A stretch of 64,000 bases of DNA from Candidatus Woesebacteria bacterium (GCA_963716475.1 OY970314.1:918508-982507); one strand, 5' to 3'; positions 1 to 8,694 are shown, counted from the first letter of the stretch. Translations and numbers: made by a program. Notes: generated by a model from the letters alone, not told the origin.

Positions 1-2
1 AT

Positions 3-815
3 CACAGAAGGATAGGAATTGGCGGGGTAGGATGGGCTGAAGTATTGGCGCGCCTTGAAATACCATATGACTCACCAGAAGCGTCGTCTCTGGCGGAAAA
101 GTTAGTTAAAACGATGTATACGTCGGCTTTCGAAGCTTCTACTGCGTTAGCCAAAGAAAAGGGGTCTTTTCCGTTGGTAAAAAATTCGATATGGGCCAAT
201 ACCAAAAACAAGCCCAGAAATGTTGCATTATTAACATTTCCCCCATCAAGCGGTAACGCTGTTATCTGCGAGACGACATTTGGAATTGAACCCTACTTTG
301 CACTTGCGTATGAGCAAAACGTAATGGAAGGTATGAGGCTAAAAACCGTTGTGCCGCTTCTAATAGACAAGTTAAAAGAAGCCGGTATTTATTCTGAAGA
401 GTTAATACAAAAAATAATTGATAATCATGGAAGTATACAGGGAATTTCGGAAATTCCGGAGAAAATAAGGAAAGTTTTTAAGGTGGCCCATGACATTTCT
501 TGGCAGAACCATATAAAAATGCAGGCTGCGTTTCAAAAATGGACAGATAACGCGATAACAAAAACTATAAATATGAATTCTGATGTGACTCCAAATGACG
601 TTAAAGAAGCATATATAATGGCGTGGAAGTTGAGGTGTAAGGGTCTTACTGTTTATCGGGATCATGCAAAGAAAGACCAGGTGTTCGAGTTTGGTAATGG
701 CGAGGTTCAGAACGGTAACGTGATTAAACTATGCCCCAATTGCGATATTCCGTTGAAACGAGACAAAAAATGTTTGAAATGTGAGCGTTGCGGTTTCTCT
801 ACATGTGAGTTGTAA
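3..815 (+). CDS. nrdJ: Class II (adenosylcobalamin-dependent) ribonucleotide reductase, C-terminal part (5'-truncated by window edge)
   Basis: Frame open from window start (HRRIGIGGVGWA). GIEP, HIKMQAAFQKWTDNAITKTIN and KGLTVYRD motifs; C-terminal CxxC..CxxC Zn ribbon; PduO adjacent. Confidence 0.88.
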   Translation, partial: HRRIGIGGVGWAEVLARLEIPYDSPEASSLAEKLVKTMYTSAFEASTALAKEKGSFPLVKNSIWANTKNKPRNVALLTFPPSSGNAVICETTFGIEPYFALAYEQNVMEGMRLKTVVPLLIDKLKEAGIYSEELIQKIIDNHGSIQGISEIPEKIRKVFKVAHDISWQNHIKMQAAFQKWTDNAITKTINMNSDVTPNDVKEAYIMAWKLRCKGLTVYRDHAKKDQVFEFGNGEVQNGNVIKLCPNCDIPLKRDKKCLKCERCGFSTCEL

Positions 816-820
816 TTTTA

Positions 821-1336
821 ATGGCGATTTATACAAAAATAGGGGATAAAGGGGAAACAAGAGTTTTTGATCCGAAAACCAAAAGACTAGTGGTTATTTC
901 CAAGTCTTCGATAAAAATCGAAACAATCGGGAATATTGATGAGTTAAACTCACTTCTTGGCGTCATAGGGGGACTAACGGGCATTCAAAATGATCTTTTT
1001 ACAATGAATTCAATATTGGCAGGAACCAAGCTCGGCTTTGGTAAAGCAAAAACCAAAAAACTCGAAAAAGAAATTGACGCACTTGAGAAAATATTGCCGG
1101 TTCAGAAAAACTTTATTTATTACGGGGGGGACCCGAAAGCCTCACTTTTTTTCCTTGCACGGGCGGTTGTAAGACGTGCCGAGAGGTCTTTGGTGTCCTT
1201 AACCAAAGAAGAAAAAATTCCTGAGGCAATTCTCGTTTATCTTAACCGCCTGTCTGATTACTTATTTATAAAGGCAAGGGAAATAAATTTCGAATCAAGC
1301 TTCAAAGAAAAGGCTTGGATGGGAAAGACATTCTGA
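821..1336 (+). CDS. pduO: ATP:cob(I)alamin adenosyltransferase (PduO type)
   Basis: IYTKxGDKGET, DELNS, ARAVVRRAER and YLNRLSDYLF motifs. Confidence 0.92.
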   Translation: MAIYTKIGDKGETRVFDPKTKRLVVISKSSIKIETIGNIDELNSLLGVIGGLTGIQNDLFTMNSILAGTKLGFGKAKTKKLEKEIDALEKILPVQKNFIYYGGDPKASLFFLARAVVRRAERSLVSLTKEEKIPEAILVYLNRLSDYLFIKAREINFESSFKEKAWMGKTF

Positions 1337-1352
1337 TATACAATGGTCTTAC

Positions 1353-1686
1353 CATGGCGTCAACACCGGAAATTTTAAGACCCGAGCCTGAGGTGCGGGA
1401 AGTAAATAAAGAGGCTGAATTTATTGTTCCCGAAACACTAAGCCAGTCTGTTAAAGTAGTCCAAAAAAATTTTACTGCGCAGGTTAAGGATGACAAAGGC
1501 CAGCCCTTAATTCAAACTCCGCCGACACAGGTAATTACGGTGCAGCCCCCTGCGGATAGTACGACGCTTACTACATGGTCAAAGGGGTCAGTTACCTCAT
1601 CTTTAACATGGTTGGGAATGTTTTGGATCCGAGTTATTAAGAAGGCCTTGTATTTTGGTTGGCGCGTAATAGGAAAAACTCAGTAA
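1353..1686 (+). CDS. Hypothetical protein
   Basis: ORF from MASTPE, 9 nt after a TACAAT box; abuts the next gene. Confidence 0.6.
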
Positions 1687-1687
1687 C

Positions 1688-4021
1688 ATGCTTTTGGATT
1701 CAATTAATTTTACCGGCATAATATTTGCGGCGGTCGCAGTAGGCGTATTCATTATTTTGCTTGTTGCTTTGGCTTACGCGGTCTTTAATTATTTTAAAAA
1801 TAGGGACAGGGAGGCAAACTCGATTGACTCAGTTCTTCTTCAGGTGGCGGTTCCCAGAAATAACGAAATAAAAATAGACGTTATGGAGCAGCTTTTTGCA
1901 TCACTATATTCGATGAAAAGAGGGGGCTGGAAGCAAAAGTTTTCAGTTCAGCCGGCGATCTCCTTTGAAATAGTTGCCAAGCTTGAAGATATTCGTTTTT
2001 ATGTTTGGGCTCCAAAAGAACTTAAGGATTCAGTAGAAAAGCAAATAAACGGGCAATATCCGGACGCAGAAATTATTGAAGTTGATGAATACAATGTTTT
2101 TGGGAGTGAGGGACGGGTTGCCTATAAATCTTTTCAGTTGGGTAAGAGCAATTTTTACCCTATCAAGACTTTTAAGGATCTGCCAACCGATCCGATGCTG
2201 GGGATTACATCTGCTCTTGCCAAAATGGGACCCGGGGAAGCGGCTGTTATACAGGTGCTTGTTTCTCCGGCGGAATCCGATTGGCAAAGGGAGGGGGGTA
2301 AATTTATAGGTGATACTAAAAAACAGGAGAGCGATCCGGAAAAAGCAAGGTTTTCCACATCCGCCAAGACTCTGGAGGCAATTGAAGGAAAGATCGGAAA
2401 GCCCGGTTTTGAAACCTCAATCCGTGTGATTGCAGTTTCTGAAAACGAAGAATCTGCCAAAAACCATGTGGCGAATATAGGCAGCTCGCTGGCTCAGTTT
2501 GCGGGAGAACTTAACTCTTTCAAAAGCCGCAAAATCCATAGAAAATCTGCATTTATGGAAGATTTCCTTTATAGATATCAGCCAATGTTTAATCTCTTGG
2601 GTAACCACATCTCGGTTCTTAATTCTGAAGAGTTGGCAACAATTTTTCACTTTCCGAATAAGCAAATCACCACTCCTCACATCTTTTGGCTGAATTCAAA
2701 AACCGCTCCTGCCCCAAGCCAAATTCCGTCTGAGGGGCTTTACCTGGGCCTAAGCGCTTATAGGGGAATTAAGAGGCAAGTCTATATCGGTAACGAAGAC
2801 AGGATGAGGCATGTTTATGTTATCGGAAAAACAGGTACAGGGAAATCAGAACTTCTCAAAAGCCTGATTTTGCAGGATATTAGGGAAGGTAAGGGTCTGT
2901 GCTTTATGGATCCTCACGGAGATGCGATCGAGGACATTTTAAAACTTATTCCGCCGGAGCGTGCCGAAGACGTAATTTATTTTAACCCTTCCGACACGCA
3001 GCGCCCTCTCGGACTTAATCTTCTTGAGGCCAAAACCGAGGACGAAAAGCATTTTGCGGCAACCGCGGTAATAAATATGATGTACAAGCTTTTTGATCCT
3101 TATAAAACGGGAATTGTCGGGCCGCGTTTTGAACACGCCGTAAGGAACGCCATGCTTACCGCCATGTATGAACCGGGAAGTACTTTCGTGGAAATCATGA
3201 GAATTTTAACTGATGCCAGATTTGTCCAGGAGCTTCTTCCTAAAGTAACTGACCCGATAATCAGAAGATACTGGACGGACCAGATTGCCCAGACCTCTGA
3301 CTTTCATAAATCAGAAGTTCTGGATTACATCACATCAAAATTTGGAAGATTTGTTACGAATAAACTGATCAGAAATATCATCGGTCAATCCCAAAGCTCA
3401 TTTGACTTAAGAAATGTAATGGATGAGGGCAAGATACTTCTCATTAATTTAGCGAAGGGAAGTTTAGGCGAGGAAAACAGCAATTTTCTGGGCCTAATCC
3501 TCGTTCCCCGGGTTTTGATGGCCGCGATGAGCAGAGTTGATGTCGATATGGATAAGAGGCGCGACTTTTATTTCTATGTTGATGAGTTCCAGAATTTTGC
3601 CACACCCGATTTTGCCGTGATCCTTTCCGAGGCCAGGAAATATCGGCTTGGCCTATGTGTTGCCAATCAGTTTATCGGTCAGGTTGAAGAGGAAGTCAAA
3701 AATGCAGTATTTGGCAATGTCGGAACGATTGTTGCCTATAGAGTAGGAGTGAGTGACGCAAGCTACCTTGCTCACGAATATACCCCTGTTTTTGGGGAAG
3801 ACGATCTTCTGAATGTTGAAAGATATCACGCCTACATTAAAACGATTGTTAATAATGAGCCGGTTCCGCCATTTTCTCTCGATACGACTAAGGATTTAAG
3901 TAAAATTAAAGCTATGGAAAGCCCGAGAGTTGCCGAAATTATTAAGGAAATGAGCAGACTTAAGTACGGTCGAGACGAAAAACTTGTCGAAGCGGAGATT
4001 GCAAGGAGGGCCAAGCTCTGA
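1688..4021 (+). CDS. Membrane-anchored HerA/VirD4/TraG-like P-loop ATPase
   Basis: N-terminal TM helix; HVYVIGKTGTGKS Walker A, DPHGD, YVDEFQNF Walker B, LSEARKY. Confidence 0.85.
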   Translation: MLLDSINFTGIIFAAVAVGVFIILLVALAYAVFNYFKNRDREANSIDSVLLQVAVPRNNEIKIDVMEQLFASLYSMKRGGWKQKFSVQPAISFEIVAKLEDIRFYVWAPKELKDSVEKQINGQYPDAEIIEVDEYNVFGSEGRVAYKSFQLGKSNFYPIKTFKDLPTDPMLGITSALAKMGPGEAAVIQVLVSPAESDWQREGGKFIGDTKKQESDPEKARFSTSAKTLEAIEGKIGKPGFETSIRVIAVSENEESAKNHVANIGSSLAQFAGELNSFKSRKIHRKSAFMEDFLYRYQPMFNLLGNHISVLNSEELATIFHFPNKQITTPHIFWLNSKTAPAPSQIPSEGLYLGLSAYRGIKRQVYIGNEDRMRHVYVIGKTGTGKSELLKSLILQDIREGKGLCFMDPHGDAIEDILKLIPPERAEDVIYFNPSDTQRPLGLNLLEAKTEDEKHFAATAVINMMYKLFDPYKTGIVGPRFEHAVRNAMLTAMYEPGSTFVEIMRILTDARFVQELLPKVTDPIIRRYWTDQIAQTSDFHKSEVLDYITSKFGRFVTNKLIRNIIGQSQSSFDLRNVMDEGKILLINLAKGSLGEENSNFLGLILVPRVLMAAMSRVDVDMDKRRDFYFYVDEFQNFATPDFAVILSEARKYRLGLCVANQFIGQVEEEVKNAVFGNVGTIVAYRVGVSDASYLAHEYTPVFGEDDLLNVERYHAYIKTIVNNEPVPPFSLDTTKDLSKIKAMESPRVAEIIKEMSRLKYGRDEKLVEAEIARRAKL

Positions 4022-4034
4022 TATTCTTCAAACT

Positions 4035-4880
4035 ATGAATATTGGTGTCATTGGCTACGGCTATGTTGGGCGGGCGACAGGGGAGGGGTTTGCAACAAGT
4101 CCGGCAAATAAAATCTTCTGGTTTGATAAATTTAAGAAAAGTCCAAATACACTTTCGGAAGTAATAGATAAAAGCGACTTCATCTTTATCTGTGTTCCAA
4201 CCCCAATCTTTGAGGATTATTCCGGAATGGATATGAGTATTGTTGAAGGAGTAATCGGTCAAGTGGCCCCCAAAGTTTCGGGAACTGACAAGATTCTGAT
4301 TATTAAATCAACTTCTTTGCCGGGGACAACCAAAAAGATGGCCGAAAAGTATCCCGGAGTTAATTTTGTTATGAATCCGGAGTTTTTAACACAAAAAAAC
4401 GCCAATGCGGATTTCCTCAAGCCATTTAGGACCGTAATCGGATGCGACAACACCGACGTAGGCCTTAGGGTTCAAAAACTTTATGAAACGATTCTTCCTA
4501 AAGGACAGCCGTATTTTATTATCAGTTCGACCAGTGCCGAGCTGGTTAAATATATGAGTAATCTTGTCTTGGCATCAAAAATACTCCTTGCTAACGAATT
4601 TTACGATCTTGCCCAAAAGGTTGGCGCTAATTATCAGGATGTTAGAGCGGCTGTTGAGGCAGACCCGAGAATCGGAAAACACCTGGGGGTTCCCGGGCCG
4701 GATGGGGACAGGGGGTTCGGGGGAGCGTGCTTTCCCAAAGATATGGTGGGGATACTTGGCCTTGCCAAGGATTTGAAAGTTGACGTATCGGCACTTGATG
4801 CTGTCTGGAAGAAAAACCTCAAAATCAGGGAAAATAGGGATTGGGAAGCACTTCCTCAGGCTTTCAAGAAAGCAAAATAA
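4035..4880 (+). CDS. UDP-glucose/GDP-mannose dehydrogenase family protein (short form)
   Basis: IGYGYVG, FICVPTP, IKST, NPEFL, AELVKY and GFGGACFPKD motifs. Confidence 0.9.
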   Translation: MNIGVIGYGYVGRATGEGFATSPANKIFWFDKFKKSPNTLSEVIDKSDFIFICVPTPIFEDYSGMDMSIVEGVIGQVAPKVSGTDKILIIKSTSLPGTTKKMAEKYPGVNFVMNPEFLTQKNANADFLKPFRTVIGCDNTDVGLRVQKLYETILPKGQPYFIISSTSAELVKYMSNLVLASKILLANEFYDLAQKVGANYQDVRAAVEADPRIGKHLGVPGPDGDRGFGGACFPKDMVGILGLAKDLKVDVSALDAVWKKNLKIRENRDWEALPQAFKKAK

Positions 4881-5165
4881 GTTTTCTTGCTTTGTCCAAG
4901 CAGATAATTTCAGTACTTCTTTACTTGTTTAAGAAACGGCTTGTCAATTTCTTGCTTCTCCAAGAAGTTGACGAAAGAAGGAGCCGCCGAAAGAATTTGA
5001 TGGCAACTCGTTTCGTTCATATCATGCAAAAGAACTCCCGGCGTATACACTTGGTCGGACTGCTTTTGCTTCCAATTAGAATTCACTCAACTTGCTGAAA
5101 TCAAATTCTTTAAGGCGATAAGAAAACCAAGGTTAAAAGAGCCAGAGTGGATTTATGGTAACAAA
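4881..5165 (+). repeat. Dispersed structured non-coding element, copy A (family 1)
   Basis: Core 4941-5117 is near-identical to 24586-24770, 55054-55229 and 56112-56285. Confidence 0.9.
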
Positions 5166-5247
5166 GGGGAATTTGGTATAATTGCGACAGTTGGCAAATT
5201 TTGACCCTTCGTTCATCGGCTAGGACGGGTCTCTTATGACAGAAAAT

Positions 5248-5319
5248 GGGTGCGTAGCTCAGCGGTAGAGCGCTACTCTTATAAAGTAGATGTCCATGGT
5301 TCGAATCCATGCGCACCCA
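5248..5319 (+). tRNA. tRNA-Ile(UAU)
   Basis: Acceptor GGGTGCG/CGCACCC; anticodon stem CTACT/AGTAG with loop CT-TAT-AA; T-loop TTCGAAT; no encoded CCA. Confidence 0.92.
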
Positions 5320-5322
5320 CAC

Positions 5323-6186
5323 TTACAGCTCAATGAGGGATTGCTTTTTGCCGGGTTCGGTTATTTGGGCAAGCTCCAGATATCTTTCGGTTGTCGAAAG
5401 ACGCTTGTGGCCCGAAACCTGGGAAAGAAGAACAATATCAACTCCAGCCTTCAAATTTTCAACAATAAAGGTAGTCCTGAGATCATTTACCGAATAATTG
5501 GGAAGTTCTGCTTTTTGGACATATCTGGCGATTGAAGCTCTGATATTCCTGACGGCCAGGGGTTTACCGTTTTTGCTGATGAACACATAGGGAGAATCTG
5601 CCTTGGGCCTAATTGCCATGTAAGAAGCAAGAACATCAGAAGCAGGTTTATTTACGGGGACGTTTCTTTCCGGTTGTGTAGCGTAAGCCTCAATTTTCAT
5701 TGAATCCGCACCGACATTGGCGGTCTTAAGGCTGGCAACTTCAGAAATCCTAAGCCCCGTCTGAAGGATAAGTTCAATAATTGCAGCGATTCTGATATCA
5801 CTCCTAACGACATCCCTCAAGGCTCTGTATTCCATTTGGGAAAGAAACTTGGGAAGGGTGTTTTCGATTTTAGGATGCGCAACCGAGGCAGAAACGTCGG
5901 AAGTAATGATATTTTCCGAGATCATCCATCTGAAGAACGTTTTAACAGCATTTAGTTTTCTACTTACCGACTTCGGCGTGTATTTGTCCGCCAAAAGGGT
6001 ATCACGGAAGGAATCAAGATCGTCCGGCCTGACCTGTTCCGGCAAGACTCTTTGCCTTTTGATCAGGAAGTCTACAAGCTGTTCAAGGTCGCTTCTGTAG
6101 GCCAGTAAGGTCGCAGGGGAGCGCCCCTTCGCTTTAAGGGACTCAATGAACTTGGGAAACAGGTTTTTGATCGGTTCTTGTGTCAT
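5323..6186 (-). CDS. XerC/XerD-family tyrosine recombinase
   Basis: N-terminal core-binding domain (TLLAYRSDL, SVSRKLNAVKTFF); TGLRISE, NDLR, GH and TTERY. Confidence 0.88.
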   Translation of the reverse strand: MTQEPIKNLFPKFIESLKAKGRSPATLLAYRSDLEQLVDFLIKRQRVLPEQVRPDDLDSFRDTLLADKYTPKSVSRKLNAVKTFFRWMISENIITSDVSASVAHPKIENTLPKFLSQMEYRALRDVVRSDIRIAAIIELILQTGLRISEVASLKTANVGADSMKIEAYATQPERNVPVNKPASDVLASYMAIRPKADSPYVFISKNGKPLAVRNIRASIARYVQKAELPNYSVNDLRTTFIVENLKAGVDIVLLSQVSGHKRLSTTERYLELAQITEPGKKQSLIEL

Positions 6187-6283
6187 AATCAAAGAAATTA
6201 TTATTTGGCTGCCAGGCACCCAAATCTAATAGCAAGGCTATTATAGCCTAAATTATAGAGTTGTCAACGTATTACAGGATGAT

Positions 6284-6670
6284 ATGAATAAAGTAATGGA
6301 AAATGTCAAAACTAAGGCAAAAAAGCTTTCCGGTATAGCAATATGGGTTTTTGTCATTCTTCTTCTTATTTCGACAATTAAAAACATAGGCAGAGTGAGG
6401 AGTATTAACGATGCGGTTCAGGCAGAGAAAGGCAAAGTAGAGAAGATGAAGCAGGAGAATGCTCAACTTGAGGCACAAATTGCCCAAACTCAAGGATCGG
6501 CATTCATAGAAAAACAAATTAGGGATAAACTTGGCCTGGCCAAAGCGGGTGAGGCAATTGTGGTTTTGCCGAGTGCAGATATTCTAAGAAAGCTTGCCCC
6601 TCAGATTCCGGTAGAGCAAAACTCGCTTCCCGACCCGAATTGGAAGCAGTGGCTGAAGCTGTTTATATGA
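6284..6670 (+). CDS. Septum formation initiator (FtsB/DivIC-like)
   Basis: TM helix, coiled coil and IEKQIRDKLGLAKAGE motif. Confidence 0.8.
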   Translation: MNKVMENVKTKAKKLSGIAIWVFVILLLISTIKNIGRVRSINDAVQAEKGKVEKMKQENAQLEAQIAQTQGSAFIEKQIRDKLGLAKAGEAIVVLPSADILRKLAPQIPVEQNSLPDPNWKQWLKLFI

Positions 6671-6692
6671 TATAATCAGTCGTTCGTCTATA

Positions 6693-6762
6693 TGCGGGGT
6701 AGTGTACGGCTGCACGTGAGGCTCATAATCTCGCAGGCTGGGTTCAACTCCCAGCCCCGCAA
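6693..6762 (+). tRNA. tRNA-Met(CAU), probably initiator
   Basis: Acceptor TGCGGGG/CCCCGCA resembles fMet; loop CT-CAT-AA. Confidence 0.85.
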
Positions 6763-6787
6763 CACGAATCGGAGCTATTTCTGAGGA

Positions 6788-6861
6788 GCCGGCGTAGCTC
6801 AGTCGGTTAGAGCGTGGCAATCATAACGCTAAGGTCACAGGTTCGATTCCTGTCGCCGGCA
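6788..6861 (+). tRNA. tRNA-Met(CAU), probably elongator (Ile2 not excluded)
   Basis: Acceptor GCCGGCG/CGCCGGC; loop AT-CAT-AA; T-loop TTCGATT. Confidence 0.85.
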
Positions 6862-6866
6862 CAAAT

Positions 6867-6895
6867 TTGACATCTGGTAATCAGTTTGCTATAGT
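6867..6895 (+). promoter_or_regulatory. Sigma70 promoter of the T-box leader
   Basis: TTGACA (6867-6872), 17 bp spacer, TGn-TATAGT (6890-6895). Confidence 0.8.
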
Positions 6896-6910
6896 TCCTA
6901 TAGTTAAATA

Positions 6911-7154
6911 AAAGCTTTGATCCGGAGGGATGGAACCGGTGAGCTGGGGCCCAAATAACCCACAGAGGCGAAACTGTAAAAAGGCCAGCAACGAGTGTCG
7001 GAAACGGAGCTCGTCAAGAATAAGGTTTCCTTATCTTAACGATCTCGCTTTGGCGAGATTTTTTGGTTAAGGCGACGAAACAAGGTGGCAAAGCCAGTTT
7101 GCAGGCCCTTGTGAGAAAGTCACGTTTTGTGGCTGTCTTGCAAGGGCTTTTTTT
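6911..7154 (+). promoter_or_regulatory. T-box riboswitch, ultra-short Stem I, probable Trp (UGG) specifier, transcriptional
   Basis: K-turn Stem I AGC-UUU-GAU-CCGG-[AGGGA-UGG-AA]-CCGG-UGA-GCU. Antiterminator CAAGG-[UGGCAAA]-GCC...GGC-CCUUG (7081-7111) overlaps a terminator. Confidence 0.8.
7105..7154 (+). terminator. T-box intrinsic terminator
   Basis: GCCCTTGTGAGA/TCTTGCAAGGGC stem plus inner AGTCAC/GTGGCT stem, followed by T7. Confidence 0.8.
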
Positions 7155-7157
7155 AAT

Positions 7158-7229
7158 GGGAATGTAGCTTAAGGGTAGAGCACCTGTCTCCAAAACGGGT
7201 GATTGAGGGTTCAAGTCCCTCCATTCCCA
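7158..7229 (+). tRNA. tRNA-Trp(CCA) with G1-C72 and A73
   Basis: Acceptor GGGAATG/CATTCCC; anticodon stem CCTGT/ACGGG with loop CT-CCA-AA. Confidence 0.9.
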
Positions 7230-7232
7230 CTT

Positions 7233-7325
7233 ATGGAACGAGTTAAATATATTACACCAGCAGATCTGGTTAGAAAGGAACCCCTACCCACGGGGTTAGT
7301 TTGGCATGACAATGTTTGGAATTAA
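7233..7325 (+). CDS. Putative 30-aa Trp-containing uORF ([30 protein letters not shown])
   Basis: ATG 3 nt after tRNA-Trp; two GTT-TGG codon pairs; overlaps the start of the next ORF. Confidence 0.5.
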   Translation: MERVKYITPADLVRKEPLPTGLVWHDNVWN

Positions 7326-8694
7326 TGTGTCCTTGAGCGGTATCAGGGAAGATAATTCGAATATTGATAATGAAGTTCGGGCCGACTTGAGGAGAAATGA
7401 CGAGCGAAAAACCTTTAACAAGTTCTTGGTTTCAAGAACCTCAGTCGGTAGCCTTGTTATAGACAAAATTATCGAATCGGCAAAGGAAAGAGCAAGCAGT
7501 CTGTTGGAAAATGGCGAATCTATTCCCAACCAAACACTATTTGATTATGCCGTATTGAGATTAAAAACAAGGTTAAGTGGAAATTTGAGTGTTTATGATT
7601 CTGTTATAAGAAAAATAATTGAAGACCAAAACCCGGAGTTTAAGAGTCTTCACAGAGAGGTAGACAGGGGGACGTTTGACGGAAAACTGCCATTTGGATA
7701 CCCTGATGCCAGCAAGAACGCTGCGGGTATTTTAGAAGCAAAAATTAAAGATAAACTACCTACAGTTAAAGACTCCTTTCTGGAACAAAAAGTGGTTGCA
7801 GAAAAGATTAGGGAATTGACAAGGAAGATGTTTTTTGGGGTTAACAAATTGGGATTATCCGGTGAAAACCTAGTTAATTATCTAGGGATATTATTTGAAT
7901 TAGAGTCGATTCAAACCGCCCCAGTTGAAGGGTTTGATTTACTGACGAAATATATATCTAGCGGATGCCAGAATGCGCTACCAATAGAGTTTTACTATAT
8001 TAAATGTTTGAGGTTTTCTTATCCAAACGGTGCCCGTTTGAAAATTATTACTCATTTAGGAGCCGAGGATGTCAGAGATAAGCTGGGAGGCATATTCCTA
8101 TCAACGGATGAAACAGGGATGTCGAAGTCGATTGGTGATTTTGAAAGAATCTTTATAAATCGAGGACTTCGGGTTAGATCGACCATCTTAGTGGCAGATA
8201 ATGATCTATCGGATAACTTTCCGGGAGACTTTGGAGACATCATACCAGGGGAGGATGTAAAAAGAGCTGATCACGATGCGGAAATATATTTAGACAATCT
8301 AAAGGCAAATCTTAAAAACAGCAAAGTGATAAGGTTAACAAGTCTAATTGACGAACTTGGTAAAAGGAGGGAGTACGAAAATATAAGAACTACGGTAATG
8401 AGTAGTTTAAGACACGGCGATGGAAAGTTTGTTAGTGAGAAAGTAATTGAGGGTTTGATAGAATATCGTTTTGATAGAGACAAAGCCATTTTTGAAAAGT
8501 CTACACGCGAGATTGCCCGTGAACGTGTTTATCGTAAAATGGCTAGTCAAATTGCCATACAAGTTTTGGCGTCGGAGGGAAGGTTATTGGTAACAAATTC
8601 TCATGGTAATGAAAATGGTTTAATAGCAGGAAATAGAATGCCGATTATATTCACGGATATTTATAGAGAGGAAAAAGTCTTTGAGAATGTATAA
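7306..8694 (+). CDS. Hypothetical protein; C-terminal half possibly a HUP/Rossmannoid fold (CDPS/isonitrile-synthase-like)
   Basis: Long ORF with uncertain start (7306, 7312 or 7327); [10 protein letters not shown] and TILVADND strands. The fold call is weak. Confidence 0.55.
   Translation: MTMFGINVSLSGIREDNSNIDNEVRADLRRNDERKTFNKFLVSRTSVGSLVIDKIIESAKERASSLLENGESIPNQTLFDYAVLRLKTRLSGNLSVYDSVIRKIIEDQNPEFKSLHREVDRGTFDGKLPFGYPDASKNAAGILEAKIKDKLPTVKDSFLEQKVVAEKIRELTRKMFFGVNKLGLSGENLVNYLGILFELESIQTAPVEGFDLLTKYISSGCQNALPIEFYYIKCLRFSYPNGARLKIITHLGAEDVRDKLGGIFLSTDETGMSKSIGDFERIFINRGLRVRSTILVADNDLSDNFPGDFGDIIPGEDVKRADHDAEIYLDNLKANLKNSKVIRLTSLIDELGKRREYENIRTTVMSSLRHGDGKFVSEKVIEGLIEYRFDRDKAIFEKSTREIARERVYRKMASQIAIQVLASEGRLLVTNSHGNENGLIAGNRMPIIFTDIYREEKVFENV

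Noticed and set aside
1688-4021. Conjugative element implied by the VirD4-like ATPase
   Set aside because: No relaxase or VirB genes nearby; such ATPases are common chromosomal genes in CPR.
4841-5098. ORFs over the dispersed element (also 23115-23318, 55007-55280, 56028-56369 and the N-terminal extension of gdhA)
   Set aside because: Similar peptides arise only from repeat DNA. Frames, starts and stops are inconsistent between copies while base pairing is conserved.
5248-6219. Prophage or island integrated at tRNA-Ile
   Set aside because: I saw no duplicated tRNA-Ile end and no phage genes; the flanks are housekeeping genes.
6920-7000. Cobalamin riboswitch (GGAACCGGTG, ACTGTAA and GCCAG look-alikes)
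   Set aside because: Pairing partners are out of order and no B12 gene follows. The T-box model explains the whole leader and the Trp context.
6902-7066. Standalone sRNA ending at the 7042-7064 hairpin
   Set aside because: Not fully excluded, but the hairpin extends into a longer Stem III-like helix (CTTAAC/GTTAAG) and a full antiterminator/terminator follows.
8116-8140. GMSKSIG in the 462-aa protein as a KMSKS synthetase motif
   Set aside because: No HIGH motif, and it lies in the wrong order relative to the AD strand; probably chance.
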